This document shows, piece by piece, positions 38,701-46,366 of a stretch of 64,000 bases of DNA. Positions within the stretch are counted from its first letter, which is position 1; every line of letters starts with the position of its first letter. The translations under genes and the position numbers were made by a program. The notes under the pieces were generated by a model that had not been told where the DNA came from, made no database searches, and saw nothing but the letters and a program-made list of their open reading frames with translations. This stretch comes from a virus, in IMG/VR virus record IMGVR_UViG_3300036980_001087, positions 1 through 64,000 of that record, one strand, 5' to 3'.

Positions 38701-39021
38701 TTTTACTCCTTTGGGTCCTACTAAATCAGCAAATTTAGATTGAACTTTAGAGGGTTCAGGGAGGTTTGCCATTTTAGATGGATCAAATGCGTGCATGGAT
38801 CCAAAATTAGCAAGGCTTTGCGCCTGCCTGGCACTAACTGCCTCTGTCATAATCTTAGTTTTTAATTCTGTTTTTTCTAGGGTAGAGGCCTGTCGTCCTA
38901 AAAATGCTTCAAGCTCCTTCAATTGTGTCTTAAAGGAGCTCTTATCTACTTTACCGGCCTGTAATGTAACATTTACAGGCTGAATAATTTCAATTGGGTT
39001 TGATTTTATTTGATCTGCCAC
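35731..39021 (-). CDS. Tape measure protein
   Basis: 1096 aa, helical, Ala/Lys/Gly-rich, hydrophobic stretch; follows tube and chaperone genes. Confidence 0.8.
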   Translation of the reverse strand: MADQIKSNPIEIIQPVNVTLQAGKVDKSSFKTQLKELEAFLGRQASTLEKTELKTKIMTEAVSARQAQSLANFGSMHAFDPSKMANLPEPSKVQSKFADLVGPKGVKGSKSDDQLKTNQQLLEREIRHIFSSLKLDLEGNATKPSTAEQSAVKAMRSVFNKVKKGTSTETDLTKFAAASNDYLVALSKDTQMTSGLRSKRSHEIANLQRFMKERAAPEHALVGMTKELEKPVPGKTAAAAPTVTNSLILMRQAVADLAVAEALGITKTVKAATSSSTGSNAGALSLIQKMQSITHSPIDQFAAANLVARGGAITPPPPPAPPITPSGQPEEPTPPEEKPEEISKKAKDKAEATVKAMKDVFSNAVMWFKSPGTAAGELFTSALTSALKLGMAHPVAALAMIGGALVLGTLGAAAGVAFKITSSMAGMFIKGLTGGIKNAKDTLRTLSLNIYPLVARGMEAGTARKNATLPMVENIGQSTEMWEVMGKIEQRFIRIAGTTAGVTDYMKAITQYSIITGEEVSSIDDSFLEIAQFFKVDINKNAANLANHMTKVMLNTNATSQELRMIAEWLMPAFASGAGTAEEKFKGVLESAGKLAQVGLKQPRQLVQFGQAIEKLMNPDEKGLAVLASMGQAGNLFGGGAGKAATAWNTTYDSISKRIEKISKLQEKIGSGTGSFGSKQARLKKLQEISDTAGEELSAALNSAMAEGVSPKSANDFIRTIGSQLQDNPAFARQLGQYLGGATVASIREMFKALQEPLDLSKELDSVFKEEAKDLGTIYKQAMSAGDAIFRIAGMLLTGDAQTSFFTIIRDTLKGLAVEYKAFLNLDEGGKKTAGGLFGGLYKAGQLLKSVVDTYVGPAMTDYLKYMDLILNGGAQQEKHNLGTKISDNLASGFSKLAEIILPLLVPIAEALTSTFLTVFTAIAKSKPFDQLISAFGNLLLGVLQSVFSNKELLTSMATLGFALGKAVGAGLLSIIPWATKLGELMARGGGNKETDITSKWLVGLNPPKGPALNPGVAEMAAYAPALGRNAQLISSTPTLLQLDRMIAAQNALLNDLEAGFSTSADGLQEARMRIYESIDTLNEERARLKMAGKTQ

Positions 39022-39308
39022 TATAAATTAACCTTTTGTCCATTCTTAAGTTTATCAAGTTGTTCTTTAGTTGCTCCAAATTTCTTAGCCAACTTGACTA
39101 AATCTGTTACCGTGGTTTGTTTATTAGTGGGTGGGGGAAGTTCCTCTGCTTTAACTCCTTTTCTAATCATAATACAACGAATTAGGCCTGAGATTTCAGG
39201 CAGAGTTAAGTTCTGAATTGTTTCTATTGTCCAACCATATTCAGAAGCAAGTAAATCTATAACAGCAAAGGTATCTTCTAATTGTTTATAATCCACTAAT
39301 TTTTGCAT
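39021..39308 (-). CDS. Tail assembly chaperone, second ORF
   Basis: LASEYGWT...I..LT motif; directly before the tape measure. Confidence 0.65.
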   Translation of the reverse strand: MQKLVDYKQLEDTFAVIDLLASEYGWTIETIQNLTLPEISGLIRCIMIRKGVKAEELPPPTNKQTTVTDLVKLAKKFGATKEQLDKLKNGQKVNL

Positions 39309-39319
39309 AGCAGGACCTA

Positions 39320-39643
39320 TTATTTGCCCGCTATTAAATTACTAAACGGGTCGTAGAAAGCAATATCAGAAATCTTCTTTAAGACTTCCCCATTCATAAA
39401 CTCTTCCACGATCTCCCTGGTAATTTCCGGATTATTCTTGCTAACAATAAAAAAAGCCACATCTATTTGCATATTGATGTAGCTAGAGGCTAAATCTTCG
39501 GGCTTACCCTCTTTATACTGCCCAAGCATCTTTAAGTATTCGTTCTTCTCCTTAAAAGTAAAAGGACGAACCTTAATTTTAGTTCCGTTTAAAAGTTCGA
39601 TCTCCTGAAAACCAAATTCAGTTACCCTAGCTTTATCTTCCAT
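39320..39643 (-). CDS. Tail assembly chaperone
   Basis: IKVRPFT.KE pattern; position after the tube gene. Confidence 0.65.
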   Translation of the reverse strand: MEDKARVTEFGFQEIELLNGTKIKVRPFTFKEKNEYLKMLGQYKEGKPEDLASSYINMQIDVAFFIVSKNNPEITREIVEEFMNGEVLKKISDIAFYDPFSNLIAGK

Positions 39644-39733
39644 TTTATATACTCCTCTACATTGTTAACTTGTTAATTAAGTTCACAAGTTTTTCCCTGG
39701 TTTCCAATTTACGCCTCTACATGTGCGACTAAC

Positions 39734-40105
39734 TTAGGTCGCGTATGACTTACGTAATTCCAGTCTGTAAGTTATAAAGCCATCCTGAGTTGATGTGATC
39801 TCATAGTTGGTAGCTTTACAACGATTCAAAGTCAAGCCGGAAATACCACGGGCCACATCAAAATCAGAAGCCTGCAGCTCAATGTCAACATAGCCATTAG
39901 AAAGAATATCCTCGATATCCTCTACTGACCACTCAACATAATCCACGGAAATCGTGGTGGCTCTATTTCCTAACTCAACCTCTAACGGATCCGGAAACCC
40001 ACCAGCATACATGTCCACAGGGCCACCATCGAAACGTACAGAAATACCGGTACATTTTCCGATGACTTCGGAACCAATGCTGATCTTACCAACGCTAAAC
40101 TTCAT
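39734..40105 (-). CDS. Major tail tube protein (putative)
   Basis: Beta-rich, codon bias like the capsid gene, own promoter motif, synteny. Confidence 0.6.
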   Translation of the reverse strand: MKFSVGKISIGSEVIGKCTGISVRFDGGPVDMYAGGFPDPLEVELGNRATTISVDYVEWSVEDIEDILSNGYVDIELQASDFDVARGISGLTLNRCKATNYEITSTQDGFITYRLELRKSYAT

Positions 40106-40144
40106 AGTTTCCTCCTCTTATGCTATGATTGTATTCCCTCACAT

Positions 40145-40153
40145 ATTGAAAAC
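40145..40153 (-). promoter_or_regulatory. GTTTTCAAT motif
   Basis: Intergenic, upstream of the tail tube gene. Confidence 0.7.
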
Positions 40154-40212
40154 GCCTAGAAAGGACAAATCTAATGATTTTTATTGAATATAAGTATTTA
40201 CCCGAAAATGGG

Positions 40213-40632
40213 TTAAGTGGTCCGGCAGGCGTAAAACTCAAAGTCAATAAGGCCTACGTGGCATTGTGCAGAATCGTCAAAATCCATAGTAAAACTAGTT
40301 TTCCTAAGTCTATATACTACAGAGGTTAAGGTGTCATTTAGCTGGGATCCCTTTAAATCTAGTAAATTTATAATCCTTTTAGCTATATCTGTTGCTTTTT
40401 TTACCGGTGAGTCTATTCCAGCCTTCACATAAATCTCAATAGTTATAATGCCATTTTCATAGCCAGTTTCATCCGTTGCTCCCATAACTGTACCAACTGC
40501 AACAAGATACGATTCTACATCTCCACGAGTAAATCCTGCCTGAATAGGGGCACTATTAGCAGAAGAGGCGCCTAACAATGTGCGTAAAGTACTATCATTC
40601 TTTAACTCATCAATTATTGTCTCGGTTATCAT
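40213..40632 (-). CDS. Tail terminator/completion protein
   Basis: L..D..L..LLG N-terminus, size and synteny. Confidence 0.65.
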   Translation of the reverse strand: MITETIIDELKNDSTLRTLLGASSANSAPIQAGFTRGDVESYLVAVGTVMGATDETGYENGIITIEIYVKAGIDSPVKKATDIAKRIINLLDLKGSQLNDTLTSVVYRLRKTSFTMDFDDSAQCHVGLIDFEFYACRTT

Positions 40633-40644
40633 CTTTTCCTCTCC

Positions 40645-41307
40645 TTAGGCCCCAAATGAAAAATTAGGGGGATTTTCTCTTTTTTTTGTAGTCTGTACGT
40701 TTGTATCTCGGGCATCTCTATCTGTTAAATTAAGATTACCTAATCCTAACTCTATTATAGTAGGTAAGTTACGTAAAATATACTGTGCGCCAAATTTCAT
40801 ATAGTGCACTGGCTTTATTCCCTTAACCCTTACTACTCCTCCCTTACCCCCGCGCCCTGCAATAAACACTTCTTTAAGCGTCTTTGTGCTATATTTTCTT
40901 CTTCCTCTAGCATATTTAGGAGGAGACTGTAGCTTTCTATATCCTACAAAATGAATAGTTTTGCCTGCTTTAATTGTATGCTCTTTGGTTCCAGATTCAA
41001 TATAGGGAGCATAAGGCACAGTATTTGCGGCCGGATAACCGGCATACATTCTAATTATAATATTTTTTGGAGTACTATGTACATGCACTATCTTAATTGA
41101 ATTACGTAGCTTACCGCTCTTTTGTGGAACCTTTGGTTTAACTACGGTCTCTTGTACATTTAGTACAAATCTATCAACAATTTCTTCTATTCGTTTATCA
41201 ATTTTTCCAATTATATTAGACCCAACATATTTAGAAACTCTACCTGAAATATGTTTATCTAATTGTGAATAAATAGCGGACGAGTCGATCTTTATTCTTC
41301 CAGCCAT
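40645..41307 (-). CDS. HK97 gp10-like tail completion protein
   Basis: P..SG.LR.SI...YA.YIE.GT...KP..YM. Confidence 0.75.
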   Translation of the reverse strand: MAGRIKIDSSAIYSQLDKHISGRVSKYVGSNIIGKIDKRIEEIVDRFVLNVQETVVKPKVPQKSGKLRNSIKIVHVHSTPKNIIIRMYAGYPAANTVPYAPYIESGTKEHTIKAGKTIHFVGYRKLQSPPKYARGRRKYSTKTLKEVFIAGRGGKGGVVRVKGIKPVHYMKFGAQYILRNLPTIIELGLGNLNLTDRDARDTNVQTTKKRENPPNFSFGA

Positions 41308-41642
41308 TATTGCCTCACAATATAGAGCTTTATATGGTGGCCTTGCCCACCTTCATCTTCTACTCCAACTACTAAATAATAAATTGAGTCAATTAAAATT
41401 CTATCATTGGCCTGAACATCTACTGGATTTAAATAAAGTACATTTTCAACCCAATAAGAAATTCCACCAACTGAAATTTCATACTTCTCATCATTTGGCT
41501 GCATACATACTGGAACTGTTGCGATAGTTATAGAGTGCACAGTATCCTCTTTTTCACCAAATGTATTTGGAGTGGTTGATTGAGCTGGCCGTAAAATAAT
41601 TGCTGTTTTATTAAGTAAAGAATCAAATATTGAATCTGCCAT
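41307..41642 (-). CDS. Head closure / head-tail adaptor
   Basis: N.FGE, DRI...Y.V..V....HH pattern. Confidence 0.7.
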   Translation of the reverse strand: MADSIFDSLLNKTAIILRPAQSTTPNTFGEKEDTVHSITIATVPVCMQPNDEKYEISVGGISYWVENVLYLNPVDVQANDRILIDSIYYLVVGVEDEGGQGHHIKLYIVRQ

Positions 41643-41650
41643 ATTTACTC

Positions 41651-42241
41651 CTAAGAGGTTGATCCGGGCTCAAATGTTCCCTGCTTAATTAATACTACTA
41701 ATTGATCAATGGATTGGCTAAAAGACATTTCTCCGCCCGACGCTGAAGAGTCAACGTGGTATTTAACCATAAAATCCCCAATCTTTTTAGTATCAATCAC
41801 GCTGGTGTCTATTGTCCCCGGTTTAAATTTATTTAAAGTATCTATAGCTAGTAATGCTATAAAAAATTTTACTAAAGCTGGAAGAGTACTAGAGGTCCAA
41901 CCTATGGTGTAGGATACTTTTACTTCAGTATCTTCTGCAATAGGTGCAGTTAATACTATAAGCTTACGGTCGGCCAAAAATTTATATTCTCCAGTAACTA
42001 CTTCTGTATATTCTCCAGCGTCATAGCGCTGTTCTATTTTAGAAATTACAGCAAGTGGTTCATCTAATTCTAATAATTTAGCCTGGGACCACATGTAATA
42101 GGTCCTTATTTTATTCTCTAACTTTAGAAACCCTAAAAGCTCATGGGCTCTGGCCTCAGCTATTTCCATAATAGAGTTTGGAAATAATTCAGCATCCAGT
42201 CCAGTTAACTCCTCCATGTAAGATGCTTGCACTAATGACAT
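41651..42241 (-). CDS. Head-tail connector
   Basis: V.Y..GW...P..VK and KKIGD..V.Y; synteny. Confidence 0.7.
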   Translation of the reverse strand: MSLVQASYMEELTGLDAELFPNSIMEIAEARAHELLGFLKLENKIRTYYMWSQAKLLELDEPLAVISKIEQRYDAGEYTEVVTGEYKFLADRKLIVLTAPIAEDTEVKVSYTIGWTSSTLPALVKFFIALLAIDTLNKFKPGTIDTSVIDTKKIGDFMVKYHVDSSASGGEMSFSQSIDQLVVLIKQGTFEPGSTS

Positions 42242-42243
42242 AA

Positions 42244-42762
42244 TTACCTCCTAATTTTCTTTTTTTCAGTATTACTAAACAACCAGAAGTCCACAAATAA
42301 TGGCTTTAGGTTTTTAGTTGTAATTAAATGCCTAATAAAGGCGTTAAAATTTACATGGTTTGATTTAAGCAAGTCCTGCTTAGAAATTACAAAAATTCCA
42401 CAGTCCGCTATACGTTCATTATCAAAAATAAGATCCCCATTAGGCTCTACCCTCCAAGTTTTAGAGCCGCGTAACCTTTTAAGAAATACTGCATTTCCCG
42501 GTTGTTTACTTGCCAATGCCTCTATCTCCTTAATATTCCCAGGTAAAACTCTACATCCAAAAGACACTATAATCTGCTGTTCCTCAATGTGGTTACAGAT
42601 TTCCCTCAATTTATCCATGGTCTTCTCTATGGTGCAGACAGGATATTGAGATTCCATTCTAGTAAATACAAAATATTTTCTATCTAGTAATGATAGCAAT
42701 GCTTTACCAAGAAAATCTACTTCTTGGTCCTGAGTATTAACAAAAACTATGACTACGGACAT
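42244..42762 (-). CDS. Degenerate sugar-phosphate nucleotidyltransferase-like protein
   Basis: IIVSFG and ADCGIFVIS resemble the NTP_transferase motifs; the GxGTR loop is missing. Confidence 0.4.
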   Translation of the reverse strand: MSVVIVFVNTQDQEVDFLGKALLSLLDRKYFVFTRMESQYPVCTIEKTMDKLREICNHIEEQQIIVSFGCRVLPGNIKEIEALASKQPGNAVFLKRLRGSKTWRVEPNGDLIFDNERIADCGIFVISKQDLLKSNHVNFNAFIRHLITTKNLKPLFVDFWLFSNTEKKKIRR

Positions 42763-42774
42763 TTGGTCCTCCTA

Positions 42775-43293
42775 TTATTGAAAACTAACTTTGCTTCCCT
42801 TTCTTAAATTATCTCCGGCCCACAAAGGTTGTAAGTTTGTATAATGAAAACATTTACGTTGTTCTGCTGGTTTGCTCAAATCAAAAGAAGCACAGGGCCT
42901 TATATGGTCTACATGCCACTTCCCATAATTCCTCCAGGACATGCCTGGTTTAAATTTAGATATAAGATGTTGTTTAAGTTGCTCTATGGAACAACCTAAT
43001 AATTCTATAGTAGGGGCATCTTTTAAGGACATAGCTATATAGTTACTTACTCTTCTTCTTAAATTTTTAGTTAATTTAAAATTAATATCTGTTTTATACT
43101 TAATTCGTTGATATGCCACTGCCTTTGCATTTATTCTGTCTTTATTCTTTAAATACCACTTATGACTAAAATTTTTAAACTTGGGTAATAAGTTCTTTTT
43201 ATGTTTTATATACCAACTATGTTGTAATTTTTTAATTTTTAATCTATGTGTAGCTCTATAATTCCTAAGATATAAACTACGTGTTTTATCCAT
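42775..43293 (-). CDS. HNH/endonuclease VII-like homing endonuclease (copy A)
   Basis: LGCS...L...F..GMSW.NYG.WHVDHIRPC..FDL...CFHYTNLQPLWA..N..K. Confidence 0.85.
   Translation of the reverse strand: MDKTRSLYLRNYRATHRLKIKKLQHSWYIKHKKNLLPKFKNFSHKWYLKNKDRINAKAVAYQRIKYKTDINFKLTKNLRRRVSNYIAMSLKDAPTIELLGCSIEQLKQHLISKFKPGMSWRNYGKWHVDHIRPCASFDLSKPAEQRKCFHYTNLQPLWAGDNLRKGSKVSFQ
42777..42785 (-). promoter_or_regulatory. GTTTTCAAT motif overlapping the HNH stop codon
   Basis: Directly before the AGGAGG SD of the gene starting at 42762. Confidence 0.65.
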
Positions 43294-44731
43294 TTTTTTT
43301 ACGTTTTATTGAAAACGCCTTGATTTCCTTAATAAGTAGATCTGGTGTAAGTACTTTGGTACATGGAGGAGGGTTCCCTTTACGTACTATTGCAGCGCAT
43401 TCCTTCCATGCCGCTACATCTTTAACCATCTGTCTATCATAACAGGGCTTACATTTAAGTGGAGGATATAGGCTTCTAACTAAATTCTTGTGATGGGATA
43501 CTCTAATGTCCGGATTAATGGTCGTAAACATAACTACACATGGCTTTTTAAATGCTAAGCCAATCCAGTAAATTCCCGTGTCCATTGATGCTATTTCATC
43601 ACAGTTATAAACTACTGAGGCCCATTGCCTTATGTTTAATTTGCCCGTTAGGTTCTTAACATTTGGCCGCTCTAATAATTTTAATGGGGCCTGATCCATA
43701 ACTATAACGTTATACCTTCCTAATCTATTTAATTTATTTAATAATTCATCCCAGTATTCTCGTGGGTAGGACCGATTTTCACTCCCATTAGACATTAAAC
43801 CTAATGCTAAATTTATTTTACTTGGGTCAATATATTGCCTACCAAATTCTATTTCCTCTTCTGTTAATTGCATAACAGGAGTAAAATCTTCAATCTTTTT
43901 AACATCTACTCTAAGTAAATCACATATAGAGTCGATTCTACAATTTAAATTACGGGTAATTCTGTAATCTTCTAGATTAGTGGCTAAAGTAAAATACCAT
44001 AAGTAGTCTTTTATTTTTGGTAAGGCATTTAATTTTTCATGTTGCATTGAACATAATTCATGGGACGTTGAATATATTTTATTAATATAAGGATTATTTT
44101 TAAGTAGCTCTGCTCCTGCTTTTCTAACTATATAATCTATCTTCCACCCATTTTCAGCTAGATATTTTAATGGGATTGTAGTCATTAGAATGTCCCCTAA
44201 TCCGCGATCTGCGCAATAAGATACTGTATCAAATAATAAAGTTTTCTGTGCTACTTCTGTAGACTCAACATGTAAAATTGGCTGTAATTCAGATAATATA
44301 GCGTCTACATTGGCTAAGGAATCAAATACAGGATCCACCCTCTTACAATTAAAATCATTTAATTTAGTAAATTTATTTGTAATTTCTAAAGTACTTTTGC
44401 CCGAATTAAAAGCTAAACAAAATTTGTGATAGTCTAAAAAAGCTGTAGGATTAAACCAGGCCCACTCAGAAACAACATACACAATTGATGGGTGTATAAG
44501 TATATTGCTAGGAAGTTCATCACAGAAATAAACTACTCCGAAATTACGAGCTATAAGCTCTTGAATAAAAGATCTAGGAAACTTATCCCCTGCAATAATA
44601 GAACCAAAACCAAGAGCTAGTAAGGTTCCTTCTGGTTCAAATATAGTAGAAGAATTAGATGAGGCCAGTTGATTAGGTTGAATCTTGGAGGCGTAATGGA
44701 TGGTATACTTCTCTGATATTAGCTTTAGCAT
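43286..44731 (-). CDS. Glycosyltransferase family 9 (heptosyltransferase-like)
   Basis: RGLGD..M, NPY, NLTGK.....A, DTG...G.A..KP....F, C.PC. Confidence 0.88.
   Translation of the reverse strand: MLKLISEKYTIHYASKIQPNQLASSNSSTIFEPEGTLLALGFGSIIAGDKFPRSFIQELIARNFGVVYFCDELPSNILIHPSIVYVVSEWAWFNPTAFLDYHKFCLAFNSGKSTLEITNKFTKLNDFNCKRVDPVFDSLANVDAILSELQPILHVESTEVAQKTLLFDTVSYCADRGLGDILMTTIPLKYLAENGWKIDYIVRKAGAELLKNNPYINKIYSTSHELCSMQHEKLNALPKIKDYLWYFTLATNLEDYRITRNLNCRIDSICDLLRVDVKKIEDFTPVMQLTEEEIEFGRQYIDPSKINLALGLMSNGSENRSYPREYWDELLNKLNRLGRYNVIVMDQAPLKLLERPNVKNLTGKLNIRQWASVVYNCDEIASMDTGIYWIGLAFKKPCVVMFTTINPDIRVSHHKNLVRSLYPPLKCKPCYDRQMVKDVAAWKECAAIVRKGNPPPCTKVLTPDLLIKEIKAFSIKRKKNG
43308..43316 (-). promoter_or_regulatory. 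GTTTTCAAT motif within the GT9 3' end
   Basis: 14 nt upstream of the HNH start codon. Confidence 0.55.
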
Positions 44732-44739
44732 CTTTACCC

Positions 44740-45273
44740 TTATACTTTAAAAAATTTATTTTTCTTTAAATTATCTTTTGCCCATAAAGGTTGTAAATTA
44801 GTATAATGGAAACACTGTTTTTGTTTATCCGGCTTACTAAGATCAAAAGAAGCACAGGGCCTAATATGATCTATGTGCCACTTACCATAATTGCTCCAGG
44901 ACATACCAGGTTTGAATTGTTTCTCTAAATGCTGTTTAAGTTGTGAAATAGTACATCCTATTAAATTTAAAGTTACTGTAGTTTTAACGTTTCTTTTTAG
45001 TGCCCACCATATTCTACTTGATAAATAATGACGTAATTTAAAATTTAAATCTCGTTCCCTTCTTAATTTACGTTTTAGATTTATTTCTTTTTTATGTATT
45101 TTATAATAAAATTTATCGGTTTTCTTGATTTGTTCCTGGTGGGTATTACGATATAACTTGTGGTGGGATTTAATTTTCTCTTTGTTTACCTGATAATATA
45201 CGGCATGCTCGAGTTTATGTTTTTGTTTATGTAATGTATTATATTGTTTATTATAGCTTGTTCTATTAAACAT
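44740..45273 (-). CDS. HNH/endonuclease VII-like homing endonuclease (copy B)
   Basis: Near-identical C-terminal domain to 42775..43293. Confidence 0.85.
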   Translation of the reverse strand: MFNRTSYNKQYNTLHKQKHKLEHAVYYQVNKEKIKSHHKLYRNTHQEQIKKTDKFYYKIHKKEINLKRKLRRERDLNFKLRHYLSSRIWWALKRNVKTTVTLNLIGCTISQLKQHLEKQFKPGMSWSNYGKWHIDHIRPCASFDLSKPDKQKQCFHYTNLQPLWAKDNLKKNKFFKV

Positions 45274-45288
45274 CCCAACCTCTACATT

Positions 45289-45330
45289 AAAATTAGGGCC
45301 GGAAAGACTTGTTAGCCCAACCGGCCCTAA
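45289..45330 (-). terminator. Stem-loop after the major capsid gene (probable intrinsic terminator/attenuator)
   Basis: TTAGGGCCGG...CCGGCCCTAA 10-bp stem followed by TTTT on the minus strand. Confidence 0.7.
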
Positions 45331-45375
45331 GTTACTTTCTTCTAATTCTCACACATTTTACAGGGTAACTAAAGT

Positions 45376-46341
45376 TTAGCTACCAGATTTTTTGATCAGC
45401 GTGAGGCCAACGGCCTTATCGCTAGCGTTCTGAAGTGACCATACGAAGTCAATAACTTCAGCCATGATCAACAGGGTGGAGAACTGCTCTTCGATCAATT
45501 TCCGACGGAAGATTATGCTCCCTCTCTGTCCCAGCATAGCACCATCAACGCGAGCCAAGATGGCAACTTCGCCAGAGTTCTTAGCTTCAAGAACGGAAGA
45601 TTCCACAATCTTTACACCATGAATCAGGGGTAAAGAACCGCTGCGAGTAACACCTTTTTCAGCCACATTGTACGTTCCAACCTGGGCGATCTTGTCAGAT
45701 CTGCGCAGTTTGTTAGCAAATGTGTTTGATGCAAAAAGAACCAACATGCCTCTATCCTGTCCGTAAACGCCCTGGCCCTTGATGGCGTCAGAGATTTTGT
45801 CTACGAGATCATCAGAATCGCCGTAAGTTACGGGAGTCTGGGCACATTTTCCGGAATCGTTGGCGATGGTGTAGATGCCATCAAACATATCAACGTAGGA
45901 TCCGGTTCCAGCTTCAACACCGATCATCATGGCTCTCTCTTCGGCTCTTGCGAGGGTCAGAGTAAGGGATCTGCGAATGTAATTCGCGAGATCAACACCA
46001 GCGGTATCGAGGTCAGAGTCTAACAACTTGGTGAACGCGACTAACAACTGAGGTTCAAGAACGACTGATTTGGTCGCAAAACCAGTTTCACTGTTTCCGG
46101 TACGAATATCAACGCCGTAGGCAACTTTATACGCATTCACATCATCACCAAACAGAATGCGAGGAACGCTCAATGAGCGACCAGCAACATTCAGGGTCTG
46201 GCAATAAGAACGCATAATATTAGCCTCTACCAACTCTTCGATGATCTTGCTGGATACTTCCTTAGGCAGAAAATCATTAGCCGCAGAAACATTATCCGGA
46301 ATAGCACCGAGGTCTGCACCTTTTAAAATATTGAATTCCAT
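45376..46341 (-). CDS. Major capsid protein (HK97 fold)
   Basis: FLP.EVS..II, L..YI...L....A.AEE....G, I.G..I; follows the protease; strong codon bias. Confidence 0.88.
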   Translation of the reverse strand: MEFNILKGADLGAIPDNVSAANDFLPKEVSSKIIEELVEANIMRSYCQTLNVAGRSLSVPRILFGDDVNAYKVAYGVDIRTGNSETGFATKSVVLEPQLLVAFTKLLDSDLDTAGVDLANYIRRSLTLTLARAEERAMMIGVEAGTGSYVDMFDGIYTIANDSGKCAQTPVTYGDSDDLVDKISDAIKGQGVYGQDRGMLVLFASNTFANKLRRSDKIAQVGTYNVAEKGVTRSGSLPLIHGVKIVESSVLEAKNSGEVAILARVDGAMLGQRGSIIFRRKLIEEQFSTLLIMAEVIDFVWSLQNASDKAVGLTLIKKSGS

Positions 46342-46366
46342 TTGTATCCTCCTGTTTTTGGTTTTA

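Noticed and set aside
35916-39216. Plus-strand ORFs opposite the tape measure gene (and 46746..47306 opposite the scaffold)
   Set aside because: Shadow ORFs arising from codon bias on the coding strand
39300-39345. Programmed -1 frameshift joining the two tail chaperone ORFs
   Set aside because: The second ORF is in the -1 frame and open across the last few codons, but there is no canonical X XXY YYZ site (only G GGC AAA) and it has its own ATG; unsupported, though not excluded
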